Assembly (NCBI GenBank): GCA_965223845.1 | Contig: CBDCXR010000004.1 | Span: forward strand, 3,360,001 to 3,424,000 | Direction of reading: 5' to 3' | Length of the DNA stretch: 64,000 bases | Origin: Planctomycetota bacterium | Lineage (GTDB): Bacteria; Planctomycetota; UBA8108; SXIK01 | Shown: positions 1 to 9,613 of the stretch, piece after piece | Layout of the letters: each line of letters opens with the position of its first letter | How positions within the stretch are numbered: the stretch's first letter is position 1 | The notes under the pieces: generated by a model | Told to the model about the DNA's origin: nothing | The model's database searches: none | What the model saw: only the letters and a program-made list of their open reading frames with translations | Made by a program: the position numbers and the translations under genes

Positions 1-299
1 GAGTTCGGGTCGATGCGAACACTGACGATCGTACGGCGAAAGTTCCCCGGTCCTCCGACGAGGGCGATCTCTTCCGGCGCGCGCAAGTTCTCCTCGCGGG
101 ACAGCTCCGAGATCGGTCGGCGGTCGAAGCTGAAAATGAAGTAGCTCTTCGGTTTCGCGCCCGAGGAGACACGCAGGGCGTCCTCGGAGAGCGCGACCCC
201 GAGTCGGAGGAGATCCTCCTTCACGATCGCTTCACGCGGAACGTCAGGGTACTCTTCGGCGAGGGCGTCGATCGACGTCACTCGACTCACGATGGCCAT
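1..299 (-). CDS. 5' part of a radical SAM protein, NikJ/PolH-like (runs off window edge)
   Basis: Manual translation from ATG at 299: MAIVSRVTSIDALAEEYPDVPREAIVKEDLLRLG...KPKSYFIFSFD...PEEIALVGGP...RRTIVSVRIDP. This matches, from recall, the N-terminus of NikJ/PolH-type radical SAM enzymes. The Cys motif would lie outside the window. Not in the ORF track. Confidence 0.7.
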   Translation of the reverse strand, partial: MAIVSRVTSIDALAEEYPDVPREAIVKEDLLRLGVALSEDALRVSSGAKPKSYFIFSFDRRPISELSREENLRAPEEIALVGGPGNFRRTIVSVRIDPN

Positions 300-813
300 C
301 GCTCAACTCGCTTCGCGGCGGCGGGCTAGACCGCGCCGCCGGCTTCGTTCTCCGGTTTCAAACCGGTCCACGGACGTAGTTTCACCGCGCGGATCCGGCA
401 AAACGCGCGGCCGGACCGCCCAACTCGGTCGGACGACGGCGCCGACCGATCGGGGCTCGGTTGTACCGCCGGCATTCGCGCGGCGCAACCGAGGGACATC
501 CTCGCCCCACCGGCCGAAACCGCAGACCCGAGACCGGACTAACAGATGCCTGAACGAGCGCGGAGGCCTTTTCTCTTACGGATCGCTCCCTGTCGCCCTA
601 TCATCGGCTCGATTCAGGCACTCGCGGGTGACGAGATGCCTGCACTCGAGACCTCCTTCCCGCCGGCCGGAGGATCTCCTTCGGAGAGTGCAGCCCCCCG
701 GGGAAACGAGGCAGGATCGCCGCGTCAGCTCGCGGCCGGGGCACACTACGGGCAATCGTGGCTCGACACGTCTAAAGAATACCGATCGAAACCAAAACAG
801 AGGGTGACTTCCG

Positions 814-1479
814 ATGAAGTTCGCGAGTTTACGAACTCGTCTCGTGGGTACGTCATGTTTGGTTGCGGCGAGCCTCGCCGCCCTCTCGCTCGACGTCGCT
901 CCCGCCCGGGCCGCGCTCGTTCCGCTCGGCCTCAAGTCTCTCACGCAGAAATCCGACCTCGTCGTCACGGGGAGAGTCGTCGGCGCTCGGTCGTACCTCG
1001 GCTCCTACTACCATCTCGGCGAGATCGCCTACACGGACGTCACCATCGAGATCGATCAAGTCCTCCGCGGCGAGCTCGCCGAGCGCACGAAGACGATCGT
1101 CGTCCAGACCCGCGGCGGGGTGTTCACCGACTGGAAGCAGGTCTGGCCGGAGGAAGCCCGCTTCGAACGCGACGAGCGAGTGCTCCTGTTTCTCCGCCGG
1201 TCGAAGGACGCGCGCTCGGGGAACAAACTCCGCGCAACGGGCTGGCGTCAAGGGAAGTACCGTCTCTCGAAAGACGGGACGGTCGTCCTCGGGCAGTCGG
1301 ATCTACCGATCGGTCGGTCGACGCAGCTCTCCCGGGTGGAGCTTCAGATCGATCTCTACGCGGCGGCCAGCGCGTCGACGGCGGAGGGGAATGCGCCCGA
1401 CGCCGCGAGCGGCAGCACGAACACGATTGAATCGACTCGTTCTCGAGTCGATTCGGAGACGGGAGGGACGGAACGATGA
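814..1479 (+). CDS. Secreted hypothetical protein (OB/TIMP-like fold suspected)
   Basis: Signal peptide followed by SLTQKSDLVVTGRV...ERVLLFL pattern. Overlaps the start of the downstream protease gene. Confidence 0.7.
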   Translation: MKFASLRTRLVGTSCLVAASLAALSLDVAPARAALVPLGLKSLTQKSDLVVTGRVVGARSYLGSYYHLGEIAYTDVTIEIDQVLRGELAERTKTIVVQTRGGVFTDWKQVWPEEARFERDERVLLFLRRSKDARSGNKLRATGWRQGKYRLSKDGTVVLGQSDLPIGRSTQLSRVELQIDLYAAASASTAEGNAPDAASGSTNTIESTRSRVDSETGGTER

Positions 1480-3398
1480 TGCGCCCGCGCCGTCCGACTC
1501 GACTCCGCCACCGCCGGCGGACGATTCCGTTCGTCGCCGCGCTCGCGTCGGCACTCACCGTCATCGCGCTCGTGCCGGCATCGGCGTTCGAGGTGATCGG
1601 GAAGTGGGAGTTCAACGAGCTCCGCTTCCGCTTCAACCCGAACTTTCCCGCCGGCGAGGAAGACCTTCAAGAGCAGATCGTGCGCTGCGCGGCCGCGGTC
1701 TGGGAAGAGCAAACGGCGGCGCCGTTCACCTTCCGGTACCTCGGCCGGACCGCGATCGCGGAGCTCGATCGAACGGATGGGGTGAATGCGGTTTTCTTCG
1801 CGGACGTGGACGGCGACGGCGCGCTCGCGTCGACGGCGCTGATCGTCGAACGGACGACCGACACGGTGCGGTCGTTCGACATGATCTTCTACGGCTCGAC
1901 TCTCGACAAAGACATCGACTGGACGACGGCGAGCACACCGCCCCCTGGGACTCACGACATCGGCGGCGTCGCTACCCACGAGCTCGGTCACGGAGCCGGA
2001 CTCGACCACTCGGCGGTCCCGGCGTCGACGATGTTCGAGGCGACAGCCGGGAGCGGGATCCATCTCCGAACTCTCGATCCGGACGACATGGCCGGACTCG
2101 AATTTCTCTACGGCGCAGAGCCCGGGCACGAGGGGGCCGAGATCCGGATCACGTCACTCGACCCGAGCGGCGGCCCCGGACAAGGCGGCAACGAAGTGAT
2201 CGTGCGCGGCGCCAACTTCACCTACAGCATCGATACACGCGTCTTCGTCGACGGGCTCGCGGTCGACCGGTCCGATTGGGAGGTCGTCGCGTGCGACGAG
2301 ATCCGCATCGCGAGCATGCCTCCGGGACCGGAAGGACGTGTCGATCTCACCGTTCTCAACTCACTCGGTGAGACCACCCTCGCGGCCGCGTATCGCTACG
2401 GGGATCCCGCCCCGCTCATCACGGGGATCGATCCGAGCGAGAGCGGGATCGAGGGCGGAGTCGAGGTCACCGTCAACGGTCACGCGTTCACGGAGAACGC
2501 GGTCGTCGAGATCGACGGCCGTCCGCTCGAGGACCAGGTCTTCGTCGACGCCGAAACGATCATCGGCATGGTCCCCTCCGGCGAAGTTGGTGGGCTCGTC
2601 GACGTCACTCTGCGCCAGGAAGGTGACGTGAGCACGCTCTCCGAAGCGTTTTTCTACAATGCCTACCGGATCGTCATCGGCCAGTCGACGGCCGCTCCCG
2701 GTGAAACGAGCGTTCCCGTTCCCGTCTTCTCGTCGAGCCCCGACCCGCTGCAATCGCTCTCGTTCGTCATCGACTACGATCCGGCGGCGATCGCGCTCGA
2801 CTCGGTCTCGACCGCGCCGAGCGAAGCGATCACCGGCGAAGCGCCAGGATTCGCGCAGGCTAAGGTCGACTCGGAAACCGGTCTCGCGACGATCGGCGTC
2901 GTGTTTCGCTTGAGTGGCGAACCCGATCTTCCCGCGGGCGATGGCCTCCACTTCGCGGATCTGCTGTTCAGCGTCGCCGACGATGCCGCCGAGACCGAGC
3001 ACTCGATCACTCTCCTCGAGCGCGGTGGCTCGCCGGAGATCATCACGCTGGTCAACCCGAGCGTCGGCGGAACGTCCGAGGTCGCTCCGGTCCTCGAGGG
3101 CGGCTCCCTCACCGTCGCGGTCGCGACGGACCGGTTTATCCGCGGCGACTCAAACGGCGACGCCGACGTGAACGTCGCCGACGCCGTGTTCTCTCTCAAC
3201 CGTCTCTTCGGGGACGGGATTCCGCCGCCGTGCGCGAAGGCCGCCGACGCGAACGACGATGGCGACTTCAACATCGCCGACCCCATCCGCGTGTTGAACT
3301 TTCTTTTCGTCGATGCGATCGCGCTGCCGGCGCCGTATCCAAACGCCGGGAACGATCCGACCCCGGACGAGCTGACCTGCGAGAAGCCGCTTCCGTAG
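1476..3398 (+). CDS. Secreted matrixin (M10)-type zinc metalloprotease with 2 IPT/TIG domains, a cohesin-like domain and a C-terminal dockerin-like domain
   Basis: Signal peptide; HELGHGAGLDH zinc motif plus STM Met-turn; ITSLDPSGGP and ITGIDPSES IPT starts; VPVPVF...LQSLSFVIDYDP cohesin-like segment; FIRGDSNGD...DANDDGDFNIAD duplicated Ca-binding loops. Confidence 0.88.
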   Translation: MMRPRRPTRLRHRRRTIPFVAALASALTVIALVPASAFEVIGKWEFNELRFRFNPNFPAGEEDLQEQIVRCAAAVWEEQTAAPFTFRYLGRTAIAELDRTDGVNAVFFADVDGDGALASTALIVERTTDTVRSFDMIFYGSTLDKDIDWTTASTPPPGTHDIGGVATHELGHGAGLDHSAVPASTMFEATAGSGIHLRTLDPDDMAGLEFLYGAEPGHEGAEIRITSLDPSGGPGQGGNEVIVRGANFTYSIDTRVFVDGLAVDRSDWEVVACDEIRIASMPPGPEGRVDLTVLNSLGETTLAAAYRYGDPAPLITGIDPSESGIEGGVEVTVNGHAFTENAVVEIDGRPLEDQVFVDAETIIGMVPSGEVGGLVDVTLRQEGDVSTLSEAFFYNAYRIVIGQSTAAPGETSVPVPVFSSSPDPLQSLSFVIDYDPAAIALDSVSTAPSEAITGEAPGFAQAKVDSETGLATIGVVFRLSGEPDLPAGDGLHFADLLFSVADDAAETEHSITLLERGGSPEIITLVNPSVGGTSEVAPVLEGGSLTVAVATDRFIRGDSNGDADVNVADAVFSLNRLFGDGIPPPCAKAADANDDGDFNIADPIRVLNFLFVDAIALPAPYPNAGNDPTPDELTCEKPLP

Positions 3399-3439
3399 CT
3401 CGCTGCCGCGCCTTGGATCAGGCCCGAACGGCGCGCCCC

Positions 3440-6400
3440 CTAACGCGCCGTAGAAGAGTCCGGCGAGAGAAGCGGGCTCGTCGGAGTCCCGCGTCCTCGC
3501 GGGCCGGCTCCGTCGTAGCCATCGAGGAACGTCCCCTCGACGACGCGCGTATTCCACTTCTCGCGGTAGGCTCGAGATTCCGGCGATGATGGATACGCTT
3601 CGCCGCCGGAGTAGGGATAGCTCGCCATCGCGCGGAAGGGGAGCGGCTCGACGCGCTCCGGGTGCGCGGTGTAGAGATCCGTGTCCTTACAGTAGCCGGA
3701 TGTCTTTGCGAAGAAGGTTCGCTTCCAGCCGTCGGGAAGGGGTGGGAGGTCGTCCGCGGGGAAGCGGAGTCGAATCCCGTCGCCGGGGCCAAAGATCACG
3801 AAGCGATCGTCGCTCTCCGCGAGGAGCTCGCGCACGTCCCCGAAGCGCGTGTAGGCGCCGGGGAAAACCTTGAAGGTCATGTTCGGGATCAACTCGCCGT
3901 GCCCGTAGATCTTGGGCCGCCGGCCGTCGGGAGATCGCTCGGGGATGAATCCGTGGAACTCGAGGTCGGCCACCCGAGCGGCGAGATCGTGCTCGACGAA
4001 CGTGGCCGCTCTATCCACACCCGCGAGGAACGCTTGATCCCAGTAGATCTCAAGGTTCGTGCGAACGCGGATCCTTCGGTCGCCGGGCTCGAGGAGTTCG
4101 GCGAAATCGACGCTCATGTAGCGCGGGTACCCCGCGGGAAAGCCCCAGTTCTCGCGCAGCGGCCGCCACGTGCCGTCTCGCTCGACTTCGAACGTCGGAA
4201 ACTCGAAGGCCGCGTTCGCCTGGGACGCGGCGAAGTTCGACGTCGAGTAGCCGTACTCGATATACCCGTAGAGAAAAAGATACGGAACGATTCCCGGCGA
4301 GCGGACGAGTGCGTCGAGCTCGTCGCCGAACTCGAGAACCACGCCGTGGGCCTCGCGCGCGAGCCCGGAAAAACGCTCGTCGAGACGGACCTCGTTCCCG
4401 TAGACGCGATCGACGTCGCGGAGACTCGCGGTAACGTCACGACCGCGGAGGTCGAACGCGCGCAGGGGGGTGAGCTGATCGCGAAACCCGAGCACCTGGA
4501 AACCGGGCGGAGGCGGCCCCGCGATCGCGAACATCTCGTCGGGAAGCACCGTGACGTCGCCGGGATGGTCGACGACCGTCAGCTTGAACTCATCGAGATA
4601 CGTGCACTCCTCGAGCGGCTCGAGGATCTCGAGGCGGTATTCCGCGCGCCCGTCCGCTCCCGGGACCTCCGCGAGCTCGGGAAGAAGTAGAAACTCCGTC
4701 GGGTCAGGGCGGTTGTACCGACCCGGCTCCTCGAAGTAGCCGATCCCGCCGACGCCCAGAAAGTCACCGGCGAACTCGTAACCGTCCTTCGTGAGTGCGA
4801 AGAGAATCGGGCACGACGAAGGCTTTCGCTCGACCTCGGGAATCTCGTAGCGCCGGTCGCCCGTGAGGCGGAGCTCCCCCTGAAGAATCCCGTCCGGCCA
4901 CAGGACTCGGACGTAGTCCGCGGAGTCCTCGCCGCCGAGACCGATACTCAGTCGAGGGGGCAGCCGCACGGTGCCGCCTCCGCCCGAGTCGAGCTGGACG
5001 ACCGCGCTGCGTTTGCCGGCGCGGACTTCGACCGTCGCGCCGCGTCCGGCGGTGTTCGCGCGCTCCTTTCCGGGGATCGGGGTCGTCGGCCCTTGAAGAT
5101 CGATCGTGAGCCACCGCGTCGTGAGGTCGAGCGGCCACGCGCGCACTCCCACGTGGCGATCGTAGACGACGAACTCGGGAGGACCGCTTTTCGCGATCGC
5201 GACGAGAGCTGCACTCGAGTCGTCCGCCGCGCGGACGTCTACGCTGAGGGTGTCCACCGCGACGAGGTCGGCCTCGGGGCTCGCGAGGAGCTCGGCCGGC
5301 CGAGTCGCGCCGGCGGGATCCACCGAAAGAAAGACGAGCTGCGGGGCGAGGACACCGAGCGCGTCGCCCGCCGCGGCGACGCGTGCGCCTTCGATCGTGC
5401 GCAGCTCGCGGAACCGGAGCTGCCCCTCATTCGCGATGAGCTTCACCGCCGTGTCGGTGAGAGCGACGAGGTCCGGATCGTCGTCGCCGTCGAGATTACA
5501 GGTGACGACGGACCGGAGTCCGGCGAGCGTCGGAATCCCGCTCGTCGCGGCATCGATCGCGCGGTACCGCCACACACGCTCGTTCGAGTACACCGTCGCA
5601 ACGCCGTCGCCGTCGAACACGATCAAATCTTGGTCGATGTCCCCGTCGAGATCGGAAACGACGAGCTCTCGAGCGGCAAAGGGAAGATCGCTCATCTCTT
5701 CGGAGGCGACATCGGTGAACGAGCCATCACGATTGTTGTTGAGGATCTCGATGCGGCTTCGGACGGCCCCCTCGACGCTTCGCTGGCGGAGGACGACGAT
5801 GTCGAGGTCCCAGTCGCTGTCGGCGTCGACGGGAATCACGCGCAGCGGAGTTCCCTTGAGCTCCGCACCGAGGTTCGACCGCATCTCACTGAACGTCGTT
5901 CCGTCGCTCGACCGGAAGAGGCGGAGCCCGTCGACCTCCCCCGCGATGATCTCCGGCCGCCGATCGCCGTCGAGATCTCCCGAGGCGCCGACCGTAGCAT
6001 CCGCAGCGATGACCGCAAGCTCGCGAAACGCTCCGTCGTCGCCGCGAGCCACGACGACGACTTCGGAGCCGCCGCCGGACTTCGCCGCACCGAACAGGAT
6101 CGTTTCGAGCTCGCCGTTTCGCGTAAGGTCATCGAAGCTCACCGCCGGCGCGATCGCACGACCATCCGGTGCGGTTCGAGCGATCGCTCGCCGCGTCGAG
6201 ACGACGACCGGAGCTCCGAACTTCGGCGTCCCCGGCGGCTTCCACGCAACGGGGGTCGGGTCCGTCCACCCGGGTGGAACCGTTCCGCGGAGCGCGAGCA
6301 TGTACCGCCCGCCCTCGCCGTACTTGATCCCGGGCTTGATCGCAGCGCCGGCATCTTCGAGTCGCTTGAACTCTTCGAGCGATGCGGCAATGCGGTCGCG

Positions 6401-6961
6401 TTTCTTCGTCTTTAGATACACCGTGCGAAGGCGGTAGTGCGCCGATGCAAGCGAGGGCTGGAGTCGCAAGCTCTCCTCGAGCGCCGCGCGGGCATCTTCG
6501 TAGCGCGCAAGCTCCATGAGCACGCTGCCGCGATAGTAATGGATGTACGGTTCGCGCGGATCCTTCGCGGCCGCGCGAGTGAACACGTCGAGGGCCTCAT
6601 CGAAGCGTTCGGTGTGGAGGTAGAGGATCCCGAGAGGAACGAGCGCGTGCGGCGTCTCCGGCTCGAGCTCGAGGGCCCGTTTGAACGCACGTTCCGCGAT
6701 CTCGAGATGTTCGTCCTGAATGTTCAGCGCAGCGAGACCGCGATTCACGTGCGCCGCGAGCCAATCGGGATGGCGATCGGCGAGTGCATCGAAAAACTGG
6801 AACGCGAGCAAGTAGTCGTAGCGCTCGAGATAGCCGATGCCGAGGTTCATCGCGCGCACCGAATCCTCCGGGACGTCGGGACCGCGAGTGCACGCCTGGA
6901 ACGCCAGTGCCCCTAGCGCGAGGAGTACGACGGAAACGATCGAGAGAAAGAATCGACGCAT
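3440..6961 (-). CDS. TPR + FG-GAP/VCBS repeat + ASPIC/UnbV (CRTAC1-like) domain protein, probable lipoprotein
   Basis: Signal peptide ending FQAC; TPR helices; repeated DxDGDxDxD motifs; GLG...VRVLWPDG UnbV motif; SSCP-starting C-terminal domain. Confidence 0.88.
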   Translation of the reverse strand: MRRFFLSIVSVVLLALGALAFQACTRGPDVPEDSVRAMNLGIGYLERYDYLLAFQFFDALADRHPDWLAAHVNRGLAALNIQDEHLEIAERAFKRALELEPETPHALVPLGILYLHTERFDEALDVFTRAAAKDPREPYIHYYRGSVLMELARYEDARAALEESLRLQPSLASAHYRLRTVYLKTKKRDRIAASLEEFKRLEDAGAAIKPGIKYGEGGRYMLALRGTVPPGWTDPTPVAWKPPGTPKFGAPVVVSTRRAIARTAPDGRAIAPAVSFDDLTRNGELETILFGAAKSGGGSEVVVVARGDDGAFRELAVIAADATVGASGDLDGDRRPEIIAGEVDGLRLFRSSDGTTFSEMRSNLGAELKGTPLRVIPVDADSDWDLDIVVLRQRSVEGAVRSRIEILNNNRDGSFTDVASEEMSDLPFAARELVVSDLDGDIDQDLIVFDGDGVATVYSNERVWRYRAIDAATSGIPTLAGLRSVVTCNLDGDDDPDLVALTDTAVKLIANEGQLRFRELRTIEGARVAAAGDALGVLAPQLVFLSVDPAGATRPAELLASPEADLVAVDTLSVDVRAADDSSAALVAIAKSGPPEFVVYDRHVGVRAWPLDLTTRWLTIDLQGPTTPIPGKERANTAGRGATVEVRAGKRSAVVQLDSGGGGTVRLPPRLSIGLGGEDSADYVRVLWPDGILQGELRLTGDRRYEIPEVERKPSSCPILFALTKDGYEFAGDFLGVGGIGYFEEPGRYNRPDPTEFLLLPELAEVPGADGRAEYRLEILEPLEECTYLDEFKLTVVDHPGDVTVLPDEMFAIAGPPPPGFQVLGFRDQLTPLRAFDLRGRDVTASLRDVDRVYGNEVRLDERFSGLAREAHGVVLEFGDELDALVRSPGIVPYLFLYGYIEYGYSTSNFAASQANAAFEFPTFEVERDGTWRPLRENWGFPAGYPRYMSVDFAELLEPGDRRIRVRTNLEIYWDQAFLAGVDRAATFVEHDLAARVADLEFHGFIPERSPDGRRPKIYGHGELIPNMTFKVFPGAYTRFGDVRELLAESDDRFVIFGPGDGIRLRFPADDLPPLPDGWKRTFFAKTSGYCKDTDLYTAHPERVEPLPFRAMASYPYSGGEAYPSSPESRAYREKWNTRVVEGTFLDGYDGAGPRGRGTPTSPLLSPDSSTAR

Positions 6962-7188
6962 GATTCAGAACGTGGCTCCGGAGGACTAGGGGAAAAACTC
7001 GCCGCGGCCCGGGTCCGCGTCGCGCCTCGGAATCACGCAGCGACGCGCACGACGAACCACCGGAAGGCTAACCGATCCTCCCCGAACATCGGAGCCGAAC
7101 CGGGCGCGGCCGCTACCGCTCGCCCGCGCGGCGATGTCCCGCGATCGCCTCACGGCCGGGCGCGGACCCCCGGCTACCGCAAAACTAC

Positions 7189-7217
7189 TGGCATGAGCCC
7201 CTGACGGGAGTACGATA
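7189..7217 (+). promoter_or_regulatory. Possible sigma70-type promoter
   Basis: (C)TGGCA(T)-N16/17-TACGAT upstream of a structured leader. Confidence 0.3.
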
Positions 7218-7627
7218 CGGAAACGGGAGGTATAGAACTGGTGAGAGTCGGCGGCTGACGACCGAGCGATCAGTCCGGTGCGTAGCTGTCGATGGACGAG
7301 TGTCCGGCGATTCGCCAGAGCTCGGGGAGACCTTCGGGACGAAGGGACTTCGAGCCGAAGACGGCGGCGCGCGCTCGGCGTTCGTCGCTGCGTGCGTGCG
7401 TTTGACGGCCGCGTCGAGGTCGGGCGAGCGCTCGGTGGGTGCGTAGTCATGCCGGTTTCCATCGACCGCCGGAACTCACTCCTCCGGCGGATCGAGTGAT
7501 TGCTCCGAGAGCCAAACCCTTGAGAGAGGACTGCGTCTTGGGTCGAGAACCGGACGGCTGGAGAGAGTGCGAGGCGGAGAGTTCGGCGGGAGACGCGACT
7601 CACGAACCGCTCAGTCCCGGAAGCGAG

Positions 7628-8356
7628 ATGCATGCTTCTCCATCGTCACCCGAGCTCGCGCGTCCGCGCGAGCCCGCCGGGAAGCGCGGCGATGGACCGC
7701 GCAACGACGATGAGAGTGCGTGCGACGTCGAGCCCTTCGACCGGATCGAGGACTCCGGTCTCGCCTTCGAATCCGACGAAGCGGAGTCACTCGTTTTCGC
7801 CGGAGACGCGCAGATCGTCGTCGAGCCGCGCCCGATCCCGTCGACGCTTCACTCCGCGTTCCTCGAACGGCCGTTCACGCACTGTACGATCTGTTCGCGC
7901 GCACTTCGCTCTCCGTCACCCCCGGGGAGCGAGGGACCCCCGGAGAGCGAGGGACCGCTCCTCTACGAGATCCAAAAGGTCTTTCGCGGCACGGAAGTCC
8001 TCTTCGAGATGGCGATCTGCCGTCACTGCAGTGACGCGATTTCCCGCGAGTTCTCCGAGGAATCATTGAACGCCATGAAGGGATTCCTCCTCGCGAACTT
8101 CCGTCCGAGTGGGGACGCCGCGACCTGCCATTTCTGTCGAGTCCCCGTCGATCTTCCCGGGCGCTGGACCGTCGTGGGCGCTTGCCATTCCGATCGACTC
8201 CTCTTCCCCGAGTTCGTCGCGTGCGAGCCGTGCACGGAGAGCCTTCAGCTTCAGCTGTCGCAGAAGACTCGGGACACTCAGGATGAGTTCATCCGCGACC
8301 ACTTCCCCGGCGTGCCCGCCGACATGGACGTGAGTCCGCGGGTCTTCGGGATCTGA
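7628..8356 (+). CDS. Hypothetical Cys-rich (putative double Zn-finger) protein
   Basis: Four CxxC pairs (CTIC, CRHC, CHFC, CEPC) with coding-like composition. Start uncertain (the ORF track begins at 7439). The stop codon lies inside the downstream inverted repeat. Confidence 0.7.
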   Translation: MHASPSSPELARPREPAGKRGDGPRNDDESACDVEPFDRIEDSGLAFESDEAESLVFAGDAQIVVEPRPIPSTLHSAFLERPFTHCTICSRALRSPSPPGSEGPPESEGPLLYEIQKVFRGTEVLFEMAICRHCSDAISREFSEESLNAMKGFLLANFRPSGDAATCHFCRVPVDLPGRWTVVGACHSDRLLFPEFVACEPCTESLQLQLSQKTRDTQDEFIRDHFPGVPADMDVSPRVFGI

Positions 8357-8411
8357 TTGAAAGTCCGACCAAGCGCGGAGCGCTTGGTCGGACTTTCAAT
8401 CAGATCTTTTT
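8350..8411 (+). terminator. Perfect 27-bp inverted repeat followed by T5
   Basis: GATCTGATTGAAAGTCCGACCAAGCGC-gga-GCGCTTGGTCGGACTTTCAATCAGATC-TTTTT. Confidence 0.7.
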
Positions 8412-8990
8412 AGGGGGCTTTCGCGAAGCCCCCTCGTCGCGGCGGAAAAGCCGCCGCGACTCACCCCGACGAGACCTCGCCTTCGGCTCGGGGGCGAACG
8501 GCTCGGGCGCGAGCGAGTCAGGCGCACATCCGCGCTTGGTCGGACTTTCAATCAGATCTTCTTAGGGGGCTTTCGCGAAGCCCCCTCGTCGCGGCGGAAA
8601 AGCCGCCGCGACTCACCCCGACGAGACCTCGCCTTCGGCTCGGGGGCGAACGGCTCGGGCGCGAGCGAGTCAGGCGCACATCCGCGCTTGGTCGGACTTT
8701 CAATCAGATCTTCTTAGGGGGCTTTCGCGAAGCCCCGCTTTCGCGAAGCCCCCTCGTCGCGGCGGAAAAGCCGCCGCGACTCACCCCAACGAGACCTCGC
8801 CTTCCGCTCGGGGGCGAACGGCTCGGGCGCGAGCGAGTCAGGCGCACATCCGCGCTTGGTCGGACTTTCAATCAGATCTTCCTAGGGGGCGTTCGCGAAG
8901 CCCCCTCGTCGCGGCGGAAATCCGCCGCGACTCACCCCGACGAGACCTCGCCTTCGGCTCGGGGGCGAACGGCTCGGGCGAGCCCGAGCA
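8380..8990. repeat. Tandem array of ~152-bp palindrome-rich units (REP/BIME/MITE-like), about 4 copies
   Basis: Units start at 8380, 8532, 8684 and 8852. Unit 3 is 168 bp because of a 16-bp internal duplication, and unit 4 diverges after ~8980. Each unit contains several hairpins. Confidence 0.93.
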
Positions 8991-9089
8991 CCCGCGGGTG
9001 TTCAGACCGCAGATCTCGTTCTTTCGAGGGCGCCGGGGAAAGTCCCCCCGACGCCCCCCCGAGGACTGAGGTGCGAGCGACGCCATCCG

Positions 9090-9597
9090 ATGTCCTTCGT
9101 GCCTGTTCGATTCCCGGACCAGTTTCCTCACAGCCCCGTCAGACCGACGGGCTGCGGCCAGATCGGCTCACCGCGATGAGCCGTCGCGTGAGGCCTTGTG
9201 GGGCGAGACGCGAGAGATTCGCGCGCGCGGTTCCGTGATCAGGCTCGGCCGTGCGCGCTCTCCTCGAGCGACTTCACCGGTGGGCTCGAGCCGTTCCCCA
9301 CGCCCGGCGTCGGAAAACCCGACATCCCGCGCGGCAACATCAAGCCATCGACTCGCTGCTCGAGCGTGCGACCGCCGTCCCGAACGTGCAGGATCGGCGC
9401 CTACCGTCACTTACGAAAAAATGCTCGCTCGTGGCCCTTGGGTTGCATTCCTCGTTTCGCGACCGGCGAGGAGAAGTAAATCGCGCTGGTCACGATAACG
9501 ACCAAAGACCTCGTGCCTCCGGAGCCGCGCGCTCCTTGACCGGCCGGTCCTCACGCAACCGGCGAGAACGGGGAAGCCGAGGGTAGAAGGGTTTTGC
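9090..9597 (+). ncRNA. Candidate large structured non-coding RNA (family not recognised)
   Basis: No credible ORF. 9093-9115 pairs with 9571-9591. Nested multibranch stems are present, G-U pairs favour the + strand, and a terminator follows. Confidence 0.5.
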
Positions 9598-9613
9598 GCG
9601 CCCGCGTTGACGG

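Noticed and set aside
8380-8990. CRISPR array
   Set aside because: Whole 152-bp units are near-identical, with no unique spacers and no cas genes.
9032-9050. RNase P RNA (GGGGAAAGTCC resembles GAGGAAAGTCC)
   Set aside because: It forms a local hairpin, and the matching 3' P4 strand (AACCCGGCTTA-like) is absent.
9071-9600. Group II intron (starts with GTGCG)
   Set aside because: No recognisable domain V/VI and no reverse transcriptase ORF.
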